64,000 bases of DNA from positions 544,001 to 608,000 of the forward strand of contig BK006941.2 in assembly GCA_000146045.2 (NCBI GenBank), given 5' to 3'. Below are positions 47,878 to 57,660 of this stretch, piece by piece. The stretch is from TPA_inf: Saccharomyces (Eukaryota). Under the pieces are notes generated by a model. That model saw nothing but the letters and a program-made list of their open reading frames with translations. It was not told the DNA's origin and ran no database searches. Both the position numbers and the translations under genes were made by a program. Every line of letters begins with the position of its first letter. Positions within the stretch are counted from its first letter, which is position 1.

Positions 47878-49595
47878 ACGACGAAGCACGTGACACGTTC
47901 CCTTCAAACATCACAATTATTTAAGCGAGACTAATATATATGTTTAGCGAAAAAAAAGGCCAAAAAAACTAGTAAATATACAAAGCAGAGTATTTTTGGC
48001 TCTTGTCCACATTGGATAAGAGAATATTTATTTTTCACACAGAAAAAAAAGTTATATACGTATCTCTAAGAAAGTCAAAGACAAATTACGTAGAATGTGA
48101 TTCATTCCCATTTCGCCCGTACACTCTCTGTCTCTGTCTCTGTCCCAAACTTCCCTTCCTATACGTATTCATAATCTGCTTAAACGTCAACAGTAGTTTC
48201 GGAACATCTTCATACGTAGGGAATACGACTTTTTTCTTTTCACCTGCAGCTTGAGCCAAACTAAAACTGGGATCCGGATAAACTATTAATAAAGGATCGC
48301 AAAGTCCATACGCCAGTTTAATGGGAATGAAATGATATTGCGAAGTGACGTCAAGAATCGACTTTAAGCTATATCCGAAGTCAAGAAAGCCGAACCTTAC
48401 ATGCGGTCGGAAAGCAAACGAGGAGATTAGATTGGTTTTCATATCCGCTAAATTTTCTTTTGATTTTACTTTGGCTTAATCTAATGCATGTATATCGGAA
48501 GAAGCAACCGATCTGGCCCAGTTGAGTCGTGCTACCTTAGTCATGCCCAGGAAAACCGGATTCCTTCTTTTCATTATGACATCCGTTTAGGTCAATAGGC
48601 TTTTTTTTCTCTCGCCCGTGCCTCTCCGTGTTCGATGAATGTGCAGCTTGCCTCCGAGCGGGCGAGCCACCTCGAGCGGGTGACGAAATAGTGGAAAAGA
48701 AACGGGGAAGCAAAACTGTGCTGTTCTGGCCCGCAGCGGACGAACGTCATTAAAGGCGCTCCATTTCTGTCGTGAGGGTCTTTCGGTGCGGTGGTGAGGC
48801 TGCGTAAACAAGCTTGCTCTTCATACCCCTCCCGTGGAGCTAGTTCGGAAGGACTATTGGCGCATCTTCTGTTGAGAGGTTCCGTAATTCTCCGTAACGT
48901 CCCGTTCACCACTTTGCATGTGCTCTCACGTACGGCCGTCTCTTTTCGGCCTTCGGCCCGTTCCGATTTTTGTACCCCTTACGTGCTTTGAATTCTAGAA
49001 GGCATCTCCTCTCCGATGGCTTGGTACAGGGAGCACTAGGGAAATTGCACATGGAAGTATCTGGAATACAAAGTTTTTGAAAAGAAAAGCCGAGCGTAAT
49101 ATTGGGACAATACCCAGTTCTCAGCCTTTTCAGCGCGGGTATGAGACAGCTTGCAACAGGTAAAAGGAAGTTAGAAGGGTTAGGTGAAGGGAACGATGAT
49201 GCTGCCTGAGAACAAAAATGCAGCTTCATGTTACATACAATAAAGGAAGGATAATTAAGGGGACCATGCAATAAGGGACAACTTAATTTTGGAAAAATCG
49301 GAGCTTAGTTGCATCTACCTACTAATACTTTCCCCAAAGAATAATAATACGAGTACAATACATATATATATATATATATAATATACACATGTAAGTGATG
49401 ACTATTCTTAATACAAAAAAATTTCCCTTTTATAATAACTATTCTTAGCATTAAATAACCCGTTACTGACAAAAAGCATATAACATAGGACTCAAGATCG
49501 ACTCTCATACCCTCCGAATCAAATTCTCACTCGTATACGCAATCATTTAAATAAGCACATCATTATCAGCATATACCGAATAATAAAAAGCAAAA

Positions 49596-50705
49596 ATGTA
49601 TACAAAACTAAGATCTATACAATCAGGAACATTTAGCACAGTTTATAAAGCATGGAGTACTACACATAACCGCTACGTCGCTTTAAAGATTACTCCTAAA
49701 TACAAAACTTCAGAAGCCAACATGAAGAACGAGTATGATGTAATGAAGATTTTGAGTTCTTGTAATCCTCACCCCAACATCTGTTCGATGCTCGACTTTT
49801 ACACGGATGACTCGTACTACATCATGGTGCTAGAATACTGCGAATGTGGTGATCTTTATGACTTTCTAGATATTGCTAAGAGTCAAGGTAGCCCGTCGTC
49901 TCCATCTTTGATTCAAATTGATATGCAAAAGATAATCAAACAACTGTGCTCAGCAATCAGCTTTGCTCACAGCTTGGGTATTGCTCATCGTGATATCAAA
50001 CCAGAAAATATTTTGCTAACGATAAATGGTGACATCAAGTTGGCAGACTGGGGTCACGCTATCCAATCCCCTAAATCTAACGACTTCCAGATTGGTACCG
50101 ATAATTACAGGGCGCCAGAAACTTTCTCTGGCCGCGTTAGTAACTCTTGTTTTAAGAAGAATTTCGATCGGTCATCGGCTCCATTGTATAACACATACCA
50201 AGCTGACTATTGGTCATTGGGTGCCACCATATTTTATCTGATGTTCGGCGATTGCCTTTTTAGAGTCTCCAAATCAAAGAAGGTTCAGCATCTAAAAAAT
50301 TTCGATGAGTTTGAAAAAGATCCATTTGCATTCATTTACAGGAAATACGTAGTACCAAGGCTCTCCTGTGGTTACAATGATGAAGAAGACCTACACGTTA
50401 GCCTGCAGCATACGAGGCAGTACATATGGCAAGATCTACCCGACATTTATGATGTCTTCCATTTGTGCAAGATTATGGTTGATACCTTATTAAAGGTATC
50501 GAACGCTAAAGAGAGGTCGATGGAGAATTTCATCAATGAAGTTGATTCTGCATGGAACAAAGATAGCTCGATGGACAGCTGCTTCTCGTACCAAAATAAG
50601 ATTGATCTGTTTTGGGAACAGTGGTCTGTGAACACGGAAACAGTACCAGCAAAGTTCCAATTGAAAAATTTTGAGAAACCTTGCCTAATTCAAGATGGAA
50701 AATAA
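49596..50705 (+). CDS. FMP48: Serine/threonine protein kinase (369 aa)
   Basis: Kinase subdomains are present: the VALKI lysine, HRDIKPENILL, DWG in place of DFG, and the APE motif. Size and position match YGR052W. Confidence 0.7.
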   Translation: MYTKLRSIQSGTFSTVYKAWSTTHNRYVALKITPKYKTSEANMKNEYDVMKILSSCNPHPNICSMLDFYTDDSYYIMVLEYCECGDLYDFLDIAKSQGSPSSPSLIQIDMQKIIKQLCSAISFAHSLGIAHRDIKPENILLTINGDIKLADWGHAIQSPKSNDFQIGTDNYRAPETFSGRVSNSCFKKNFDRSSAPLYNTYQADYWSLGATIFYLMFGDCLFRVSKSKKVQHLKNFDEFEKDPFAFIYRKYVVPRLSCGYNDEEDLHVSLQHTRQYIWQDLPDIYDVFHLCKIMVDTLLKVSNAKERSMENFINEVDSAWNKDSSMDSCFSYQNKIDLFWEQWSVNTETVPAKFQLKNFEKPCLIQDGK

Positions 50706-50985
50706 GAAGTAAAAAAGACCTTTTGAAAGTTTCGCCTCATTTTCCTTGATCTGACTTTTTATCCCCTGCTTATCCAATTTTAGTTAGGAACTTTGGCATA
50801 ATTTCAGTATTACATACTACCTAATCGACATAAAATAATATTACATATTCATTTTTTTAAAAAATAATCATAATCAATTTATCCTTTTTATTCCTTTTTT
50901 CTCCTGTGCAAGGTTGATGGTGATGTTTATGATGGTGTGTTTATTATTTACAAATAAAGATGCTATCTAATTCTTGTATATCGTA

Positions 50986-51837
50986 TTAACATGCAAATGC
51001 ACCGCGAGTGGCAATTTTCTTCTCGTAATGGATCAGTTCAACATCTTCAATGGTATGAACCAGAATTTTCGAATTTTCTTCGTTAAATTCGAATATGAAT
51101 GTTCCCTTAATCAGCCGGGATAATCTCTTTTTTTTACTTCTTTTACCGTCGCCATCATTTTTCTTCTTCTCATCTTCTTTGGAATTTTGAGTTTCGTTGA
51201 CCTTATTTTCCATTGACCTTTCAGCTGCATTTTCAAGGTACTCAGAGATAACACTTTGGTTCAAATTATTGGCTGTAGGATGTAAAATGTAGTCTATGAC
51301 TGGTACCGACCTCATTGAAAATGAACCGCCTGCACCATTGCCTCGTTTCTCCTCTTTCAATCTGTCATTAATTTCTAATTTGGTAATCTTGCAATGGTCT
51401 TCCGGTATGCAGCTTTGCCATTTGATCACCAATTTGTCATTACATGTTATGGTATTATAACTCTGAAGAGCAGATTTAACTTCTTCATCATGCGATGTCG
51501 ATGTTAGAGTCTTTACTGAACTTATATGCAAGCGACATTCATCGCCCAAGATAAACTTTCGTACTATCATTCGCATTGCATTCAAAGAAGCCATGTATTT
51601 TGATTTTCCATGTAACACTGGAATATATGGATGCGATGTTGGAAATAGTCTAAAAACAACGTTATCCGCCAACACTGACTCCTTGAACATTTTTTGTAAC
51701 AAATTGGGAACACCTTTAACCACTAAATAATCTGTTATTTGCCCCAAATTGGCCACTTTTTGAGAATTGGAGTACCATCGAGGAAAGATTCCTTTGATAG
51801 ATATTATGCCGGCTCTGCAAACACACTTTAGTAACAT
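50986..51837 (-). CDS. 283-aa protein of unknown function, YGR053C-like
   Basis: Complete 283-aa ORF in the position of YGR053C. No recognisable catalytic motif. Confidence 0.5.
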   Translation of the reverse strand: MLLKCVCRAGIISIKGIFPRWYSNSQKVANLGQITDYLVVKGVPNLLQKMFKESVLADNVVFRLFPTSHPYIPVLHGKSKYMASLNAMRMIVRKFILGDECRLHISSVKTLTSTSHDEEVKSALQSYNTITCNDKLVIKWQSCIPEDHCKITKLEINDRLKEEKRGNGAGGSFSMRSVPVIDYILHPTANNLNQSVISEYLENAAERSMENKVNETQNSKEDEKKKNDGDGKRSKKKRLSRLIKGTFIFEFNEENSKILVHTIEDVELIHYEKKIATRGAFAC

Positions 51838-52692
51838 AAGTCTTTCCCCCTATTATCTATGAATATAAACTGTCTATCTTTCCTTGGTTGTGATGTATCG
51901 TTTTCCGTAGAGGCTTGCAGCTTTATGGCTCATACCTGTCATCCCTCTTTATGGGCCTTTTAAGGGCGCTCTCTACATTGTATTCTATTCATTTTTTTCG
52001 TAACCGTAACTACGCGCCTTCTTAACGCAAGGCGCTCGACTCATCATGAGATGCGTATGAATGTCTTTCAGTGTATAGAAATACATCTCACCAAATCTAT
52101 TTATTTAACTAATATTTCTTTTAATATTTTCCTCAAGAAACTCAGGCAGTTAATGTTGTGTCCTATTTTTTTTAGTTCTTTCCCATTTTTATAGCACTCG
52201 TACAAAAGAAATCGAAATATTTCAATATGTTTAGACTCGGTTCTATGTGTTAAAACTGCAAGATGAAAAAGTAACATCTATCTTAGATTAAGGTCCTTTC
52301 TTTATATTCTTTACTTTATTAGTGAGCAGAAATATTATTAAAAATTGCCGCTGTCATACTGTACGATATTATTACCCGACCGCAGAATGTTCCTCAATAC
52401 TTTCTTTTTCTTCCTTTTTTTCACTTCGCTTTCTTCATGTCCATCAATGAAATTTCAGCTTCATAGCGATTTATTTTCAGTGTACGTTATTCAATGAAGA
52501 TTCCTTTTCCTCGATCTATCCAGACGACTAGACATAGCGAGAATTCTTTACGGTAGAAGCAACCTATAGATTACCGAATCATAACTTTCTTTAGTGTTGA
52601 TTGAGACGTGTTGTGTTTAAACTATCCATTGCATCTCGATAAAAAAACATAGTACTACAACAAACAGTCAGGTTCAATAACACCTAAACATT

Positions 52693-54621
52693 ATGTCATC
52701 TCAGTTTTTCCTGAAAACCTCTCAGGATATAGAGCTCTTCCAAAGCTACCCAACTTTTGAGCAATCCAACACAAACTCCAAGGATTTCCCTGTCATTTCC
52801 TCGGTTTTATCGCCATGTGGCAGATTTTTGGCTTTATCTACGAAGGAGAACGTCAAAGTTTTTACAGGTCCATGTTTGGATAACGTTCTATTAACAATGA
52901 AGTTGTCCGACGTCTATGACCTACACTTCTCTCCAGCAGGTAACTACTTAAGCACTTGGGAGAGAGCGTCTATACAAGACCCAAATCACAAGAACGTTAA
53001 AGTTTGGTATTTGAATAAACCATTTAAGAAAGATTGCGTTTCGGAGGATATAGTCCCTGCTTACGAATATCAAGCCAAATCCCAAAGCGGTTGGTTTTTA
53101 CAATTCTCCAAATTAGACAATTATGGGCTAAGACTTTTTAAACACGACTTGAAGATTGTTAAATTAAGCTCCGCTAATGCCGACAATTTCGACTTCCAAT
53201 CTCCGTTTGCTGTCTTGTCTGATGATGAAACGTCCCAACATTTCACCACCTACCTAATCTCTCCAGCTGAACATCCAACAATTTGTACTTTCACACCAGA
53301 AAAGGGTGGTAAACCGGCTCAATTAATCATATGGGCCCTCTCTGAAGGTAAAATCACCAAGAAAATTGCCTCCAAAACTTTCTTTAAAGCTGATTCCTGC
53401 CAATTGAAATGGAATCCATTAGGTAATGCTATTTTATGTTTAGCTATTACTGATTTTGATTCCTCAAACAAATCATATTATGGTGAAAACACACTATACT
53501 TACTGTCTTTCCAAGGTGTCAACGGGACTTTGGGTGGTAACTCTGTACGTGTTTCTTTAACCACTGGACCTGTCCACGATTTCACTTGGTCGCCAACTTC
53601 AAGGCAATTCGGTGTCATCGCTGGTTACATGCCAGCAACCATTTCCTTTTTTGACTTAAGAGGTAATGTTGTCCATTCATTACCTCAACAAGCCAAAAAT
53701 ACCATGCTTTTCTCTCCCTCTGGTCATTACATTCTTATCGCCGGGTTTGGTAATTTACAGGGCTCCGTGGAAATCCTAGATCGTCTCGACAAATTCAAGT
53801 GTGTGAGTAAATTTGACGCTACCAACACTTCTGTCTGCAAATGGTCACCGGGTGGAGAATTTATCATGACAGCTACCACTTCACCAAGATTGAGAGTGGA
53901 TAACGGCGTTAAAATATGGCATGTATCAGGCTCTTTAGTATTTGTTAAAGAGTTCAAGGAGCTTTTGAAGGTAGACTGGAGGTCACCATGTAATTACAAA
54001 ACTTTGGAAAACAAAGACGAAGCATTTTTCGAGAACCATATCATTAATAACTGGGAACCGCTACCTGATTCGACCACATCTTCACTTGATCCTAAAATAT
54101 CCAATAAATCAGAATTGCAAATACATTCTAGCGTTCAAGAGTACATAAGTCAACACCCAAGCAGAGAAGCAAGCTCCAATGGAAACGGATCTAAGGCCAA
54201 AGCTGGAGGCGCTTATAAACCACCTCACGCAAGAAGAACAGGCGGTGGACGTATTGTCCCCGGAGTTCCTCCTGGTGCAGCAAAGAAGACCATCCCAGGG
54301 CTAGTTCCGGGCATGAGTGCCAACAAGGACGCCAACACCAAGAACAGGAGAAGAAGAGCCAATAAAAAGTCAAGTGAAACGTCACCTGATTCTACTCCGG
54401 CCCCATCTGCTCCTGCCTCCACAAATGCCCCCACAAACAATAAAGAAACTTCTCCAGAGGAGAAGAAAATAAGATCTTTACTAAAGAAATTAAGGGCTAT
54501 TGAAACCTTGAAGGAAAGACAGGCCGTCGGTGACAAACTAGAAGATACGCAAGTTCTAAAAATTCAAACTGAAGAAAAAGTGTTGAAAGATTTGGAAAAG
54601 TTGGGTTGGAAGGATGAATAA
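52693..54621 (+). CDS. Translation initiation factor eIF2A (WD40/beta-propeller, 642 aa)
   Basis: Complete 642-aa ORF with an N-terminal beta-propeller region and a C-terminal Lys/Arg/Ser-rich tail (...RRRRANKKSSETSPDSTPAPSAP...). Size and position match YGR054W. Confidence 0.7.
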   Translation: MSSQFFLKTSQDIELFQSYPTFEQSNTNSKDFPVISSVLSPCGRFLALSTKENVKVFTGPCLDNVLLTMKLSDVYDLHFSPAGNYLSTWERASIQDPNHKNVKVWYLNKPFKKDCVSEDIVPAYEYQAKSQSGWFLQFSKLDNYGLRLFKHDLKIVKLSSANADNFDFQSPFAVLSDDETSQHFTTYLISPAEHPTICTFTPEKGGKPAQLIIWALSEGKITKKIASKTFFKADSCQLKWNPLGNAILCLAITDFDSSNKSYYGENTLYLLSFQGVNGTLGGNSVRVSLTTGPVHDFTWSPTSRQFGVIAGYMPATISFFDLRGNVVHSLPQQAKNTMLFSPSGHYILIAGFGNLQGSVEILDRLDKFKCVSKFDATNTSVCKWSPGGEFIMTATTSPRLRVDNGVKIWHVSGSLVFVKEFKELLKVDWRSPCNYKTLENKDEAFFENHIINNWEPLPDSTTSSLDPKISNKSELQIHSSVQEYISQHPSREASSNGNGSKAKAGGAYKPPHARRTGGGRIVPGVPPGAAKKTIPGLVPGMSANKDANTKNRRRRANKKSSETSPDSTPAPSAPASTNAPTNNKETSPEEKKIRSLLKKLRAIETLKERQAVGDKLEDTQVLKIQTEEKVLKDLEKLGWKDE

Positions 54622-54953
54622 ACTAGAAGAAACTGATGTATCCATACAACTGTGTAAATATTAACAACGTCAAATAATACTACTTTGAATTGTTTTTTAC
54701 TGTTTCCCAGGAGAATTACGCCAACCTCCCCCCTTTCTTTTTTTCCCTTGTTTTATTGTACTTTTCCACATATTTTTTTAACATCAAATAGTAATTGATA
54801 CATACATAATTAGTGAGCATTTTCCTTATTTTTACGTCTCTTCTTGGCGGATTGCCACCAGCCGCATCTTACAATGTATGCCACGATACCGCCAGGCAAT
54901 AAATGAATATGGAGTGTCACTTCGGCTCCGTAAGCCGGCGCTGCATCCGCCAC

Positions 54954-55145
54954 CACAGTTTTTTTTAGCGTCGCTGTCGCCGCTTTGCCACAGAAAAAGA
55001 AAAAAAAAAAAGAAACGGCGCCGTGTAGGGTTTTGTATAACAGATCGGCCTAGCAGCCAGGAGATGGCACGGCGCCAACTGAAAAGTTAGACTGTGGAAT
55101 TGCCGTTCACCACACTCGAGTGGCATCTAATAAACTGCCACAGTT
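54954..55145 (+). promoter_or_regulatory. Met31/Met32 binding sites (AAACTGTGG) in the MUP1 promoter
   Basis: The minus strand carries a perfect AAACTGTGG at 54954-54962 and CAACTGTGG at 55138-55146, plus a weaker ACTGTGG at 55091-55097. They lie 270-460 bp upstream of the MUP1 ATG, consistent with a MET-regulon gene. Confidence 0.5.
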
Positions 55146-55416
55146 GACTCAAGCGGTGCTACCTTCGCAGTTATTGCACACCATGGTAACACATAACACA
55201 GTCTTGCATTACAAATGTGGTTCCTCCTACTTGGCGGTGAATTTCTTGAGTCAGCCCGTTATTTTCATATGGTGATGTAAGATTACATACAGTATATATA
55301 TATAAGGATGATTCTCACACAAACTTTTCCGCTGTTCATCATATTTTGTTTTTGGATTAGTTTCACATTCTGTAGAAATCTTTAAAGACAAGAGAAGAGA
55401 AAACAAAGGCGGAGCA

Positions 55417-57141
55417 ATGTCGGAAGGAAGAACGTTTCTGTCACAGTTGAATGTCTTCAACAAGGAGAACTATCAATTTTCTTCTTCTACTACAAAAAAG
55501 GAAGTAAGTAACTCGACAGTGGATGCTGACAACGGTGCCTCCGATTTTGAGGCAGGCCAGCAATTTGCTACAGAATTGGACCAAGGTGAAAAGCAGTTAG
55601 GTATTTTGTCGTGTATTGGGCTTATCTGTAATAGAATGCTTGGTACCGGTGTTTTCGCCGTTTCCTCGACCATTTACACACTATGTGGGTCTGTGGGGCT
55701 TGCATTAATTATGTGGGCAGTTGGCGCCATTATTGCCATTTCTGGGTTATATGTATACATGGAATTCGGTACGGCTATACCGAAAAATGGTGGTGAAAAA
55801 AACTACCTGGAGGCTATTTTCAGGAAACCAAAATTCTTCATTACCTGTATGTATGCTGCGTATATTTTCTTCCTAGGTTGGGCTGCTGGTAATTCCATCA
55901 ATACAGCTATTATGTTTTTAACTGCTGCTGATACTGAAGTGACCAAATGGAATCAAAGAGGTATTGGTGTGGCCGTCGTTTTTTTTGCATTCCTAATTAA
56001 TTCTCTGAATGTCAAGATTGGTCTATATTTGCAAAACATTTTAGGTATTTTCAAGATTGGTATTGTCCTCTTCATTTCTATTACCGGTTGGGTTGCCCTT
56101 GGCGGTGGTCTCAAAGATGGTTATCAATCTCACAACTTTCGTAATGCTTTTGAAGGTACTGAAACCGCCACTGCTTATGGTATTGTTAACGCCTTATATA
56201 GTGTTATTTGGTCGTTTGTCGGTTACTCCAATGTTAACTATGCACTTGGTGAAGTTAAGAACCCTGTGAGAACTTTGAAGATTGCTGGTCCTACATCGAT
56301 GGTCTTCTTGGCTATAATCTACATTTTTGTGAACATTGCTTACTTCGCTGTGGTTCCAAAAGATAAGTTAATTTCTTCAAAATTGATTTTAGCTGCTGAC
56401 TTCTTCGATATTGTGTTTGGCGGCCAAGCCAAGAGAGCAGCAGCCGCACTGGTCGGGTTGAGTGCCTTAGGAAATGTTCTTTCTGTCATTTTTTCTCAGG
56501 GTAGAATTATTCAACAACTAGGACGTGAAGGTGTGTTGCCCTTTTCTAATTTCTTTGCCTCTTCTAAGCCATTCAACTCCCCAATGGTTGGTTTGTTTCA
56601 ACATTTTATTGTTTGTACAGTAACCATTTTAGCCCCACCTCCAGGTGATGCATATTTGCTAGTCCAAAATTTAATTTCCTACCCAATGAATATTATTAAT
56701 TTTGCCATTAGCGCGGGTTTGCTTTGGATATACTGGCAACGTAGACAAGGTAAAATTGAATGGAACCCACCAATTAAGGCCGGTGTTTTTGTTACGGGAT
56801 TTTTCACATTATCCAATTTATACCTGATTATTGCTCCTTACGTTCCACCTTCAAATGGCGAGTCGGTGTATTCAAGCATGCCATACTGGATCCACTGTGT
56901 AATTGCTTGGGGTATTTTCTTCTTTGGTGGTGTTTACTACGTTGTTTGGGCCCAATTATTGCCAAGATGGGGCCACTACAAATTGGTTTCCAAGGATGTG
57001 CTTGGTGAAGATGGGTTCTGGAGAGTCAAAATTGCCAAAGTTTATGATGACACTATTGGCGATGTCGATACACAAGAAGACGGCGTTATTGAAACGAATA
57101 TAATCGAACATTACAAAAGTGAACAAGAAAAATCGCTGTAA
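55417..57141 (+). CDS. MUP1: High-affinity methionine permease, APC/LAT-type amino-acid transporter (574 aa)
   Basis: Complete 574-aa ORF with about 12 transmembrane segments in the APC superfamily. Size and position match YGR055W. Confidence 0.8.
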   Translation: MSEGRTFLSQLNVFNKENYQFSSSTTKKEVSNSTVDADNGASDFEAGQQFATELDQGEKQLGILSCIGLICNRMLGTGVFAVSSTIYTLCGSVGLALIMWAVGAIIAISGLYVYMEFGTAIPKNGGEKNYLEAIFRKPKFFITCMYAAYIFFLGWAAGNSINTAIMFLTAADTEVTKWNQRGIGVAVVFFAFLINSLNVKIGLYLQNILGIFKIGIVLFISITGWVALGGGLKDGYQSHNFRNAFEGTETATAYGIVNALYSVIWSFVGYSNVNYALGEVKNPVRTLKIAGPTSMVFLAIIYIFVNIAYFAVVPKDKLISSKLILAADFFDIVFGGQAKRAAAALVGLSALGNVLSVIFSQGRIIQQLGREGVLPFSNFFASSKPFNSPMVGLFQHFIVCTVTILAPPPGDAYLLVQNLISYPMNIINFAISAGLLWIYWQRRQGKIEWNPPIKAGVFVTGFFTLSNLYLIIAPYVPPSNGESVYSSMPYWIHCVIAWGIFFFGGVYYVVWAQLLPRWGHYKLVSKDVLGEDGFWRVKIAKVYDDTIGDVDTQEDGVIETNIIEHYKSEQEKSL

Positions 57142-57660
57142 CCAAAAAGGTACTTACCATCTCATCTCGATTCTTATAATCACGTATGAACATTCTTATA
57201 ATTGCATTTTCTTTATACAAAATATATAGGTACCAAACCTCATTATAATTTCTGCCATTTAATAGTTTAAGATGCTATTCCGTTTCGTATTTTTTCAATT
57301 TTTATACCTACTATTGCGCGAAATCAAAATAGCATACTAAGAAAAAGCAATATCATGAATTGCTGATGAGATAGATTCAAATTGGAATTAACTAAATCTA
57401 TCAGCAACGCTATAAACACAGATAAGCGCTCTATAAAATCGTTTGTCTAACGTTTTATATAGTTCTTTATTGCTCCCTTACCCTCTTTCCGTCAATAGTG
57501 ATTGTTGTCTCGGGAAAGCTTTTTTTTTTATTAATCAAAGGCCCAATTGAGTTACAACTGAAATTAAGCTGAGTTGGCGGAACAGTGTGGTATTAGCGAA
57601 GGGAAAATCTGTGAAGTGCCCTAGCTACAAAACAGAGATAAAAAAAATTATATTTCAAGC

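Noticed and set aside
48086-49271. Three overlapping minus-strand ORFs of 118, 106 and 121 aa (YGR050C/YGR051C-type)
   Set aside because: They sit in the GC-rich island where chance ORFs are inflated. They are Arg/Pro/Ser-rich translations with no motifs. I kept them as a region of interest rather than as gene calls.
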